From the human T2T-CHM13v2.0 reference genome, Homo sapiens: 64,000 nt of DNA. Each line of letters begins with the position of its first letter. The first letter of the stretch is position 1. Positions 19,040 to 33,832 of the stretch are shown here, piece after piece. Position numbers and translations under genes: made by a program. The stretch lies in the NCBI RefSeq assembly GCF_009914755.1, contig NC_060942.1; one strand, written 5' to 3'. The notes under the pieces are model-generated. The model had not been told where the DNA came from, did not search any database, and was given only the letters and a program-made list of their open reading frames with translations.

Positions 19040-20326
19040 GAGGGAGAGGTGGGACCCCTTAGGGGCAGGTAACCAGAAACCAGCCCAAACAACTGCTCTC
19101 CTGTTCTGCCCATGGGATAGATGAGGAAATCATAGACGGCCTCTGCCCTAATAATAGCGCTTCACATTCTAGAAAATAGCGGTCATTTCCTAAGCCGCTG
19201 TCCTCTCCAGACAAAACAATCTTCTTTTGATGTTTTCTCTGAGGCCCTCTTGTCTAAACTTTGATGAAACGCAATTAGGAAACACGGAGAGGCATTATAA
19301 TTTATCTGTCCATGGCTTCGTCTCAATGATAAATTTTTCTAGCCTTTGAATGTCATTATAAGTGTTGTTCATTATCAGAATTTCCAATTACAAAAAGGTT
19401 AATGCCAAAAGCAGAGCGGGTGGCAACAGGGAGGAAACTACACTCTTTGGAAAGGCTGTGTGTTCAAAGGAACGTTTCCCACTCGTTTTGCCAAAATTGC
19501 CTCGGATTTCTTGGCCTCTCCTCATGACTTGGAGTGGTTCTGGAGCTGAGATGGGGTTTCCACAGTTTCCTTCCCATCCTACCCCCCAGGGAGGGGAGGG
19601 AACATCTCATTGAACTTCCCTTCAGCTTGGACCTGCTCTTGGTATCACTAAGCTCTCAACTGAAATGTAAAATCTTTTTATTAACTTTGAAAACATATGT
19701 ACTTAAATTTTAAAGATCCAAGTAATCCAAGTTGAAAGAAAAACAATCCTCCTACCGATGACTAAAATTAACCATATGTGCTACAGGGATGATCAGTCCA
19801 AAAACAGGCCCTGGTCATCCCGTTCTCGGTTTGTGATTAAATTTACAATTGAATGCCAGAACAGGTGAAACTGTGATCCTGTGTAGGATGTATCCATACT
19901 TGGAGAGTCTGTAGGTTTCAAACAGCTGATGACACACTTAGATTCAATTAAAATGTGTGCTGCAAGACAGATAGTAAAACCACACTAATTATAAATCCTG
20001 AAAAGCACTTTTCTTTGTTTTTACTATTTTAAGGTAAATAAGTTTCTCATGTCCTGTGGCTCCCCTCTTTGTTAATGTTGTAAATGACATGTGAATTTTT
20101 TGAGTTGTCTTTTTTGGTCTTCAAAGAATCTCCATACTTCATTTCACTCCCCATTGCAACAGTCCTGGGAAGTTGGCAAAGTGCTACAAAGAGCTCCACT
20201 GAGGACACGAAGAGCTGAAGCTCAGGGCGAGAGATCTGCCCGGACTCGGGCTCAGGGAATGCAGAACCCAGGTCTTTTCAGATGCATCTCTCTGGGCTGT
20301 TCCTGTCTTGTCTCAAATCCTCATAT

Positions 20327-20950
20327 TGTCAGAGGTGTGTGAACCAGAGCAACTCCATCTTGAATAGGAGCTGGGTAAAATGAGGCTGAGCCCTACTGGG
20401 CGGCATTCCCAGATGGTTAAGGTATTCTAAGTCACAGGATGAGATAGGAGGTCAGCACAAGATACAGGTCATAAAGACCTTACTGATAAAAACAGATTGC
20501 AGTAAAGAAGCTAAAACCCACGTAACCAAGATGGCGACGAGAGGGACCGCTGGTCATCGTCCTCACTGCTACACTCCCATGCCATGACAGTTTACGAATG
20601 CCATGGCAGCATCAGGAAGTTCCCCGATATGGTCTAAAAGGGGAAGGCATGAATAATCCAACCCTTGTTTAGCATGTCATCCAGAAATAATCATAACAAT
20701 TGGCAACTAGAAGCCCTTGGGTCTCCTTTGTCTATGGAGATAAAGGACAAAAAAAAGGGTTACCTACGCCTAAGGGGTCCCACCTCTCCCTGTCTTTTTT
20801 TTGTGTGTGTATCTTTTTTTGTCTTTTATTCCTTTACTTTCTTAATAAACTTGCTTTCACTTTACTGTATGGACTTGCCCTGAATTCTTTCTTGCGCCAG
20901 ATCCAAGAACCCTCTCTTGGGGTCTGGATTGGGACCCCTTTCCTGTAACA
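20327..20950 (+). mobile_element. MER41A solo LTR (ERV1) with ~80-bp internal insert
   Basis: TGTCAGAGG.GT.TGAACCAGAGCAACTCCATCTTGAATAGG start, GGGACCCCTTTCCTGTAACA end, 4-bp TSD ATAT. Confidence 0.92.
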
Positions 20951-21024
20951 ATATGGCGATGAGTTACTTTTAAGCAAGTTATGACCTCAGAATCTGTTGA
21001 ACTTGAAATAAAGTTCTGTCCCCT

Positions 21025-21370
21025 TGTTGTTATTTAAATGTCCCTCCCCAAACTCATGTTGAAATGTAATTGCCATTGTAAGAGTATTAGAGGTGAGGCC
21101 TTTAGCAGGCAATCAGGCCACAGGGCTGTGTCCTTCTGCATGGGCTAATGCCAGCATAAGAGGATACACTGGGCCACGTGCCTCTCTTTATCTCACCGTG
21201 CTCACTAGTCCTTCCACCATGTGCTGACGCAGCATGAAGGCCCTCACCAGATGTGGCCTCTGGATCTCAGACTTCCCAGCCTCCAGAACCATGAGCAAAT
21301 AAACTAATTTTTTTCTATAGGTGACTCAGTCTGTGGTATTCTGTTTCAGCAGCAGAAAATGGAGCAAGAC
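21025..21370 (+). mobile_element. MSTC/MSTD-like MaLR LTR
   Basis: AAACTCATGTTGAAATGTAATTGCC...GGCCCTCACCAGATG...GACTTCCCAGCCTCCAGAACCATGAG. Confidence 0.8.
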
Positions 21371-21712
21371 TCCCTCTTCTAGCAAGAGATATGCAACTCA
21401 CTTATCCAGAAAACCATAACATGGGCATCACCCCTGCTCCCTAATCTTACCGTAACCTGGTGCTGCTCAGCCTTCCTATGTGGGTTTTTACCCCAACTGT
21501 GACTCTACTTTCTGATTAGTAGCTGCTTTTCTTTTTAAATTTTATGACAATGTATAAACATTTACTGAAAAGACAAGTTTAAGAGCATTAATAATTCTAC
21601 AAATCTAGAAGTTTTTCTTAGCGTTTTGCATTTTATTGTCTAATCTGTGCAGATGCATCAATATTTTATAGTCTCACCATGATGAGTTGGAGGAACAACC
21701 GTCAACGCTGCC

Positions 21713-22118
21713 TGTATTCATTTCCCAGGTTACCATAAAAAATCACCACACACTGGGTGGCCGAGAATGACAGAAATGTATTCCCTTCCAGTTTTGGAGG
21801 CTGCCAGTCTGAAGTCAAGGTGTCAGCAGGCCCATCTCCTTCTGAAGGTTCCGGGGAGGATCCTTCTGGGTCTGGTGGCCCCAGAAATCCTCGGTGTTCA
21901 CGTTCCCTGGCTGTGAACTTGTCATCATGCTCTCTGCTGCTGGCGTCACGTGCTGTCCTCCCTGTATGTCCCTGGGTCAGGGCCTCCTACTGTAGGACAG
22001 CCTCATCTTAACTCGATTTCGTTTGCAGACACTCTATTTCCAAATATGGTCACATTCACAGGGTCAGGGGTTAAGACTTAAATGTGTCTTTTGGGGGGAC
22101 CCCACTCACCCCACAATA
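21713..22118 (-). mobile_element. MLT1B/C-like MaLR LTR
   Basis: CAGAAATGTATT...GAAGTCAAGGTGTCAGCAGG...CTATTTCCAAATATGGTCACATTCACAGG. Confidence 0.8.
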
Positions 22119-22602
22119 GTGTCCTGTAGTCGCCTCAGTGTGGAGGTGATGAGCGGGCAGCCATTTGTCAGAAGCTAACAGGAGGCTCCCGAAAGATCCA
22201 TCAGACTTTCCTAAAGCAGAGAGCAAATCCAAAGGAAGCCCACCCCAGTCACCACCCACCCCGGTCACCGCCTGCCCCATGTATCATCACACGGCTTGAC
22301 TTGCTGGTGGCAACCGTCCTTACACCAAGAGAGGAAGTGTTGTGTGTTCTCAGCTCATTTATTATAGGAAACCAGGCAAACCAGGCAAAGCAAATTGCCA
22401 AGGGCCAAAGGGCATGGTGAGAGCCTAAGGACGCCAGAAAAAAAATGTAACTGATTGAAATATAATTGGGTGATGGATTTACAGCTGCGTTTTCCTTAAG
22501 GGTTGCCTTCTGAGTAGTGTGAGAGACGCCAAGTTCCCCACTTCACAACGGACTCCGCTTTTGTGAATCTAAAGGAGAAGCTGAGAAGCCCCAGTTCACT
22601 CC

Positions 22603-22967
22603 TGATGTGATTTGGCTGTATCCCCACCCAAAATCTCGTCTTGTAGTCCCCATAATCCACATGGGTCAAGGGAGAGTCCAGGTGCAGGTAATTGAATCAT
22701 AGGGGCGGTTTCCCCCAAGCTGTTCTCATGATAGTGAGCGAGTTCTCACGAGATCTGACGGTTTTTAAGTGTTTGGTTGTTTCTCCTGCGTTCATTTTCC
22801 TTACTGCTGCCTTGTGAAGAAGGTGCCTTGCTTCCCCTTCAACCATGGTGTAAGTTTCCTGAGACCTCCCCAGCCATGGTGAACTGTGAGTCAGTTAAAC
22901 CTCTTTCCTTTATAAATTACCCGGTCTTCGGCAGTTCCTTATAGCAGTGTGAAAACGGACTAATACA
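22603..22967 (+). mobile_element. THE1C/D-like solo LTR
   Basis: TGATGTGATTTGGCTGTATCCCCACCCAAA...GGACTAATACA; TSD ACTCC/GCTCC. Confidence 0.9.
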
Positions 22968-23339
22968 GCTCCCAAGCAACCAACTTGTGACTTTCCTTCT
23001 ATCACAAATGACCCCACCTGACCAGGGTGTAAACGGCTTGGGAGGAACAGCATTTCTTCCTGGGGCGAAAAGGAAGGGAGTGCTGAGAGCAGGGTCGCAG
23101 GTCCCCACACCAGGTCTGAATCCCTGCTGGCTGCATCTGCAGGCTGGAGGGGAAGTGGGCCCTGGGTGCAGGACCCCTGCAGGAGGCCATCACAGGGTCC
23201 CTCCTGGGGCTCCAGGCAGGAGGAGCCACAGGCTCTCAAGGTCGCTGGGACCCCGTACCTGTGGACCTGAGCCTCTCACAGCACGTGTGTCCCCCACTGG
23301 TCTCTGTTTTCCCTAATGAGGTTGCTCCTGGTCCTGTCT

Positions 23340-23650
23340 TAGGATCTTTGACCCTGAGTGTCACTGTCTGGAACTCTTTCCCATGAGAACTGCTCAGGGC
23401 TGTCTTCATCTCCTCCTGCTTCAGGTCTCAGCTCCAACGTTCTCCCTCATGAGCCCCCAACCACTCTGTCTAAAGGCCCTCCCTTCCTCACTCCCCAGCC
23501 TTGTCTGCTTCCTTTCCTGGATGTCTTTCCTTCCTGGGAAGTCTACACAGCTTCCCTGTTGGTTTCTTGCCTAATAAAAGCAGAGCCTCGTGGGATTCCC
23601 CACAGTGTCCCCAGAGCCTGGAAAGGTGCCTGAATGCAGGAGGGCTCAGG
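23340..23650 (+). mobile_element. Degenerate L2 3' fragment
   Basis: CTGTCTGGAACTCTTTCCC...CAGGTCTCAGCTC...TGTCCCCAGAGCCTGGAAAGGTGCCTG resembles the L2 3' end. Confidence 0.55.
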
Positions 23651-24661
23651 GCACGCAGAGATGGCCTCAGACAGGAGCCGGCAGAACAGCCCACACAGCA
23701 AGGACTTCTGCTCCATCATCCCAGCTGCCATGTCACACTCAGCTCCCAGCCTGTGCTGCCTCGGGCCTGCTCTCCCGGGATACAGTGTCCCATTGCCAGC
23801 CCCCGCCCCACACTGCTGCCCCTACGCCCATCCTGCAGGTGTTCTTTGAATGGACCCTCCAGCATCATTTGCCCAATCCTGATCACTGTCCCGCTCCACC
23901 TGGGGCCATATCTTCCCCACTCTGCCTCCTGGCCCCTGTACAACTGGCTCCCCAGGCTCCAGTGGGGCATGGAACCCCAACTAGCAAAGGAGACAATTCC
24001 TTTCCCATGCAGGCCAAGCCAGTTACAGCCCCGGAAGCTCAGTCCCAGGACTCTGCTAAGAGCTACCCCGAGCAGGTGACAGTCCTCATGACAACAGCAA
24101 CAGTGATAGCTGGTGTATACTAAGTGTTTTTGGGTCCCACCCACTGTCCTGAGCCACTCACGGATATTAGCTCCCTTATTTCTCTAAACGGCCCCATAAA
24201 GCAGGCTGCCTCGTCTCTGGGTGTGGCTGTGGAGATTGCAGGGGTTGCTCTGAAACAAGCGTTTGACTCTTGTGCCCGAGAGCTCTGTGACCGGAACTGG
24301 GAACCCTATACTTTTGTCTTCTTGGACAGCTCATTTCTGTGTTCAATGCAACAAAATGTGGGATTTTTTTCCCCCATAAATAGTTCAAAGAAGCAATTGT
24401 CCTGATGTGGTAATGTGACTTTCGACATAATGGAGATATTTTCCACCCTTATTTTTATAATTAGTGTCCAAATTGCTCAAAGATAAAGCAAATTTTGCAT
24501 TTATGAAGTTTAAAAGCAAAGGGTTTCTAACCTGACATCTAAACTTTTCACAATTCCCATCTTCACCTACCCATCAACATCCATTTAACAATGTCAACAT
24601 CATACTCCCACAGTGCCATACGTAATTTTCCGAACACGGGAGATTTTTAAAAAGAGTTGTT

Positions 24662-24954
<293 letters not shown>

Positions 24955-25153
24955 GCGTTGTCAGTGTAGTAGCATAATTTTTATAACTGTGGGTAGGGAT
25001 TAGAAATCTGGAGAAAGAAGTGAAAGAGAATGAAGCAAGCTGCCATTTAAGGTTTCATATCTCAAGAAGACATTAAGCAAGATTGTTTTTCAATTTAACA
25101 GCAGAAGTTGCTGTCCAAATTTGTCAAAAAAGAAAAACAAATCCTAAATTGTC

Positions 25154-25900
<747 letters not shown>

Positions 25901-26030
25901 ATTTATATTTACTGAGAAAAATCTTCATCTAATCAGCCATGCAAACTTGCATATTAGCAGTAAGTGACATTTCATTTTTCATATAATTCTTGATTCTTTA
26001 TAAAAGGAGAAAAATAAATTGGCACTTGAG

Positions 26031-26333
26031 TTTTTTGTGTGTTTGCTTTTGAGTCAGAGTCTCGCAGCGACACCCAGGCTGGAGTGCAGTGACACCATCT
26101 TGGCTCACTGCAAGCTCCGCTTCCTGGGCTCAAGCGATTCTCCTGCCTCAGCCTCCAAGTAGCTGGCATTACAGGTGTCTGCCACCATGCCTGGCTAATT
26201 TTTTTTTTTTTTTAAGTAGAAACAGGGTTTCACCATGTTGACCAGGCTGTTGTCAAACTCCTGACCTCAAGTGATCTGCCTGCCTCAGCCTCCCAAAGTG
26301 CCGGGATTACAGGCGTGAGGCACCGTGCCCAGC
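26031..26333 (-). mobile_element. AluS SINE
   Basis: Antisense dimer. Confidence 0.92.
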
Positions 26334-27398
26334 AAGTATTGAATAAAGATCTCAGTTCATGTGTTTTCCTTTATTATAAACAGCACAAATGGGTCCTTCC
26401 TCGCTCTGAGCAAATGTATGCATTTATAGCAGTGCCACAGAGAGACTTATATTTTATCTGACATAGTCAAGAGTGTCCTAAGAATACGTTTATCAGGTAG
26501 TTGAAGTCTTCATCTTTTAAAATATTTACCATTTTTTCATTAAAATAACAAATAGACATTTGTCTTCGAGAGGCACATTACCTCTAGTGATTTCTAACGA
26601 TTTGCTACAATTGCTAATGTCTATTACCATGTGATTTCCACACACGATCACAGGAACTACTGAAGACTTGCTTTAGGATCTGCCCAAATTAGCAATGTCT
26701 CCTCTGTCTACATCAGACCTTATTTGGATTCTTCTCATTTTGGTGTCTATTCCAAGACTCCCAGGACTGGGACCTGCCAAGAGGTGTCACATGTCTCCCG
26801 TCCCCGCCAGAACTGGTTTATGACCAATACTGCTTTCAGTTCACTGCGTGGGGCTACAGCTCCTCAATTGTCCAAAAGGTCCTCGGTTCCAGAGTTGGCC
26901 CTGTGCCATGGAGCGAGGCGACCAGTGGCAGATAGACTGGCCACAAAACCAAGTTCCTTTTCAGTTACTTTTTCCCAAAGCAGAAAAGTTCCTTTTGTCT
27001 CATTTGGGGAAAAAAAGGGGGCAGCTTCTCCGCAGTGTGCCTGGGGAGACATCCCTCGAGACACTTTGGGTTGTAAGGGGTACCCCAATCAGGCCAGCTA
27101 ACAGAGGGAAGGGGATTTTTTTTGGCTACGTCAATAAATGCAGCAATAACATGGGTGCCGGGTACAAACTGAAGGCAGCTCTGAGGGTGATTCTGGGAGC
27201 CCAGTGGCTCTGTTCCCACCAGTGCCTGCCGTCCTCAGGCTGGCTTCCACGGTGTTGCCTGCTCCTCATCCTCAGCCCAGGACAGGGAACGTTCCTTCCC
27301 GCAGTGGCTGGGCTCTGGCTGGCTGAACCACATCAAGTCTCAGAAGCCAGGAGAATGCTGGAGAAGGTGGGAAGGGAGTGGAAGGGGGTAAGAATGAG

Positions 27399-27820
27399 TG
27401 TGCTGGGTTCAATAACATCCACCCCAGTTCATGGCCACCTCACTAACATCTGAGACTGTGACCTTATTTGGAATAGGGTCTTTGCAGACATAATCAAGTT
27501 AAGAGGAGGTCATACTGGATTAGAGTGGGCCCTGAATCTGACGGCTGGTGGCCTTAAAAGAAGAGGGAAACGTGGAGATGAGAGAATACCATGGGGAGAG
27601 TGGAGTGATACATCCACCAACTGAGGAGTGCTGAGGGTTGTGGGAGCCACCAGGAGCTGGAGGAAACAGGGAAGGACCCTCCCCTAAAGATTTCAGAGGG
27701 AGCACAGCCTTCCCACACGTTGATGTCAGACTTCTGGCCTCTAGAACTGTGGGAGAATCAAATCCTGTTGCTTTCAGCCCCGTAGTTTGTGTAACTTGTT
27801 CTGGTAGTCCCATGACACTC
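27399..27820 (+). mobile_element. MLT1C-like MaLR LTR
   Basis: TGTGACCTTATTTGGAATAGGGTCTTTGCAGA...GACTTCTGGCCTCTAGAACTGTG. Confidence 0.85.
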
Positions 27821-28513
27821 GCAAGTGGAGAAGCAGCCACAGGGGCTCCCAGCAGGCAGTGACAGCCGAGGGCTGCAAGCTCGCTACCTCTCAGTGCTCA
27901 GGCGCCCTCCACCGCCTTCCAGGGAAGGCACAGCTCTGCTAGAATGCTACCCCCAGCAATAAATGTCCTTAACCTATTGTCACAATGGTTCTAATAACAA
28001 AGAAAATTTATTCCACCATGGGGCCTGAAATTTCATCTTGGAGCCCCCATTCCCAGTACTTGACATTGTTTATCCTCTGTGAATGGCTGAGGCCACAGAG
28101 CTGATATTTTCCTCCTTGCAGAAATAAAACCTGGTGCTCTGTAGTCAGGGAGGGACTCGGAGCCCTCTCCACCTGCCTGGCTGGGGCAGCACCCTCAGTT
28201 CCTCCCCCAGATACTCTTTCTAATACACTGTGAGCTGAAAATTCATGTAACCAAGCTTGTGTGAATTGTCTTTGGGTGTAAGTAGGTTGGAAGTGACAGC
28301 CTGAGGGCTCTATTATCAGCAACAGGCGTTAAGATTTAGTACCTGAACTTTCTAATATTTAAATGGACTCCTCAGAGGTCTTTAGAATTTGCTTCCTGAT
28401 TCTGGGTCCTGTTGCCCCTGGTGCAGAGAGCTGTCCCTGCACCTGCCTGGGCTGATTCCTGACTCCAGCCCCAGCTGCAGAGGCTGTGAAGTGCTGAAGC
28501 TCAGCCCTTCCTC

Positions 28514-29055
28514 TGTTACGGAAACACCAGGGGTTCAGTTTAAGTCCTGCTGTTCACTGCAAAGAAAGCCAGTGACTGAGACAATGAGGCTTGCCAAGGA
28601 AGAAGGTTTTCATCGGGCGGCGGCTGCAGTGGATGAGACGGGAGATCAGTCTCAAAGCCATCTTGCTGGCCGACTAAAGTTAGGGGTTTGTATCGCAAGG
28701 AAGAAATGTAACAATGTATGGGAAAACAGGAACTCGGGAGGGGTAAGGAAGCAGGCATGATGCATGAGGGGCCTGGCTTCTCACTGTGTGGATGCAGTGA
28801 TCTGGTGAGTTTCAATTCTTTGATACTTTTTCAGAGGCCTCGGGGAGTCCTTTCCCAGGAAGGAACTTAGATAAAACAAATGTAAGTTTCAAGCTTTAAG
28901 ACAAAAAGGGTCAATTTCTATGTGTATCCCCGCCCCCCCAAAAAAACAACAACTGTCTATGGGACTGCTGGGTAAGCTTCAAGCTTTAAGACAAAAAGGG
29001 TCAATTTCTGTGTTTATCCCAAAAAACTGTCTATGGGACTGCTGGGTTGGTTTCA
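28514..29055 (-). mobile_element. LOR1-like solo LTR (ERV1) with internal tandem duplication
   Basis: Reverse complement starts TGAAACCAACCCAGCAGTCCCATAGACAG; TG...CA termini; 4-bp TSD CCTC at 28510-28513 and 29056-29059. Confidence 0.8.
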
Positions 29056-29443
29056 CCTCTCACACCCCAGCTGCTCTGGGGCCATGGAGCTCACAGCCTT
29101 CCCCTCCACTCTTCCCTCCCGCTAGGGAGCTAAGCCTGGGTGAGACCTTGCACACCTTTCCCAAGGGTCTCCCTGGCATTCTGCAGGTTCCTTTGGGTCG
29201 GTGGTTTTCAATCAGCATAAATTTCTGGAATCCCGTATTGAGATGAAGCCGGAGGGTAGAGCATGAGCTGTGCCAGCTGCTGGTCTTCAAAGGTCCTTAA
29301 GGGTCTGGCTCACAGAGTCACAGAGGCGGGGGCAGCCCAGGCTCTGCACCTGCCCAGTGCAGGAGGCAGATTCTGGGGCTCAGCCCACATGTTGAGAATA
29401 CACCTGAGGTGGCAGTGCCTACCTTCTGCTGCTTGGCCTCTGA

Positions 29444-29967
<524 letters not shown>

Positions 29968-30077
29968 GAGCAGCCCTCTAAGTCTCCACCTGCTGTGACA
30001 GGTTAGCAATGAGGCCCGGCTTCAAGTTCTTCAAAGGAGGGTCTACAGCCCAAGTCAATAGGGAGTAACTTTGCTGC

Positions 30078-30760
30078 TTTTATTTTTTTTAATGTGGTAA
30101 AACACATAACGTAAAATTTATCCTTTAACCGTTTTTGTTTTGTTTTGTTTTGTTTTTTTGAGACAGGGTCTCCTGCCACCCAGGCTGGAGTGCAGCGTCG
30201 TGAACATAGGTAACTGCACCCTAGACCTCCCGGGCTCATGTGACCCTTCCCCATCAGCCGCCCGGGTAGCTAGGACTATAGGTGTGCACCACCATGCCCC
30301 ACTATTTTTTTTTCTGTAGAGATGGGGGTCTCACAATCTTGCCCAGGCTAGTCTTGAACCCCTGGACTCACGCAATTCTCCCAGCCTCCCAAAGTGCTGG
30401 GATTACGAGTGTGAACCACCGTGCCCGGCCATTTCATCATTTTTAAGTGTGCAGTTCTGTGGCACTACACACGTTCACACTGCTGTGCAGCCATCACCAC
30501 TCTCCAGCTCCAGAACTTTTCCATCTTCCCAGACTTAAACCCTGTCCCCACGAAACACAGAGGCCTCACTCCTCCTCCCCCAGCCCCTGGCGCCCCTTCC
30601 ACTTTCCATCTCCTTGGCCCTGACTCCTCCGTGTTCCTCACCTGTGTGGCTCAGCAGCACGTGTCCCTCTGAGACTGGCTCACTGCACTTAACACAGTGT
30701 CCTCCAGTGCATCCGTGTCATAGCATGGAGCAAAATTTCCTTCCTTTCAAGGCTGAATTT
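30078..30760 (-). mobile_element. L1MB-like 3' end interrupted by AluJ (30133-30430)
   Basis: TGTGGTAAAACACATAAC.TAAAATTTA...TTTTTAAGTGTGCAGTTCTGTGGCA...CCAGAACTTTTCCATCTTCCC. Confidence 0.82.
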
Positions 30761-30978
30761 GATGCCATCGTTCAGGTTTTTTTTACACAGCAAAGTGTGC
30801 AAACCACTGAGGACAGGGCTACTGCTGCCGGCCATGACCCTGAAGCCGTCTGTGTCCCAGCCCTGCACAGAGCTGGCCTCAACTGCTGCTCCCATTCCCT
30901 ACTTCTCCTTCTCCCTACCTGGGAGCAGCTGCCAGGCTACCGCACAGGGTATGGAGAGGGAAGAAGCACCTGGGTGCC

Positions 30979-31594
<616 letters not shown>

Positions 31595-31739
31595 TAATTC
31601 TCACAATTCTCAAGGATAGTCGCGAGAGGCCTCAGTGTTTCCGTTTGACCAAGGAGACATACTGAGAAAAATCCAGTGGCTTTTCACATAGATCACGGTG
31701 CAGGTCCTTTGCCCTGGCACCTTAATCAGGAAAAGGAGC

Positions 31740-31905
31740 CCCTAGTGAGCCCTGGTTTCCTCATTTATAACGTTGGAAAAATAACAGTATCTACTGCATA
31801 GCATTGATTTGAGAGCTAAAACCAGATAATTTATGTATGGTGCTTAAACACAGTGTCTACAATTAGCAAGGGCTCAGTAAGAAGGAGCCAATATTAATAT
31901 TATTA
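31740..31905 (+). mobile_element. MIR SINE fragment
   Basis: GTTTCCTCATTTATAA...ATAACAGTATCTAC...GTGCTTAAACACAGTG. Confidence 0.7.
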
Positions 31906-32786
31906 ACATCATAATTTAAGAGGAAAAAATTCAAAGTGTGGTCCATGCCTATATTTCAGTTTTATGCAGCTATTTAAAATGGTGTTTACATTTTGTGTTT
32001 ACAAAATTGTTTAATGCATGAGGAAATTTTTATGTTGTTAAATTTTTTCAAGTTTCCGAAATCATATATACTGTATGATTTCAATTATGCTTTAAAAAAA
32101 ACCAGTAATAAAAACACAGGAGGAAATATGACAAAATATCAACAGTGGGCATATCTGGGTAATGAGATTGTGCGTAACTATTTTTCTACTTCTCTCTCCT
32201 TCAATCTACTTCCCAAGGAGCAGATAACTGTCTCTATAATTATAAATACAATAAATCAAAATGTAAGTAAAGTCGAATATGCACTAATCGAGCTTTGTTT
32301 TCCCATATGGTAGTGGTCCCCATCCCGGGCTGCACGTGAGGATCCCCCAGGAGCTTGTTCTCACCCAGGTTGCGGCTGCCCCCTGACCAGTGTCATCACC
32401 GGCAGGTGCCATCGACAGTCTGATGAGAAACAGCTGACAATTTTGATTCAGAATCTGAAAGTGGCTCACTGGTGTTATCAATACACACAGGATCGCTTTC
32501 ATTTTAAAGTCACAAACAGAGAGTCAGTGCAGCTACAGGATTAGAGCTGACTGGCTGAGTGCTTTGTCATCTGAATTATCAGGACCTGGAGAGCAGGGGA
32601 GGCTCCCAGTGGGTGTGGATCTCAGCGCTGGCTGCCCTTTCTCCCCATTTTCACCTGTTTCGCCATTGCTCTCAATTGCCACCCTGGCTCTAAGAAGCGG
32701 GGTCGAGAAAGAGCCACTGAGGAAACTGAAGAGGCCACGAGTCGATTCTGTGCCCAGCTCAGACTGTGGCTGATGCGCAGAGGCAC

Positions 32787-32941
32787 GTGGGCTCTTGGAG
32801 GGTGGGGATGAGCTGGGCAGCCCCACGGCTCCTCCTGGCAGGGCCCCCATGCTGCGCGTCTGTGGGCTCTTGGAGGGTGGGGATGAGCTGGGCAGCCGCA
32901 CGGCTCCTCCTGGCAGATCCCCCATGCTGCGCGTCTGTGGG
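32787..32941. repeat. 75-bp GC-rich tandem duplication (2 copies)
   Basis: GTGGGCTCTTGGAGGGTGGGGATGAGCTGGGCAGCC... at 32787 and 32862, with 3 mismatches. Confidence 0.93.
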
Positions 32942-33445
32942 TTCCACGGCAGCCAGTTCCAGGCACAGGGCATTCTTGGTGCACTTGTCAGGTGATTGAC
33001 TCCGTGCAGCGATCTCCACGGGTCCTTTTGAGGATGATGCCGAGAATCTCTGTTTTACTCCTGGGAACACAGCAGCTGCCAAGGTTGGACATCACTCTTC
33101 CTAACACCTGGGAGATAGATAAGGAGTGCTTTAAATGAAGCTTCAAATGTTTCTAGTGGTTCAAGAGGGGCCCTGAATGTGTGGATCCTCCAAGCTCCCC
33201 TTCTCTCTGCACTTGGCTGTGTTGTCATTCACAGCCCAGCAACTCACCTTACAGAGGTTAGGAGGGAGAGGAGGCTACACATCTGCGTATTAATTCATAG
33301 AAAGCCTTGACCCCATCAGTGCCAAGTCCCAGCATGTTGTTGAACCACTTACATCAAGACAAGGCATTTGTGCTGCATCAACTCAGCAGTGATTGGCAGA
33401 GTCCTGTATTCATCATTCCTCCCGGTGTCGTCCTTTTAAAAATAA

Positions 33446-33832
<387 letters not shown>

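Noticed and set aside
23358-24144. Stack of overlapping 140-190-aa ORFs (similar cases at 9019-9558, 26848-27453, 34226-34780 and 56635-57671)
   Set aside because: GC-rich, stop-poor sequence open in several frames on both strands, mostly with non-ATG starts; no recognisable domain or exon structure.
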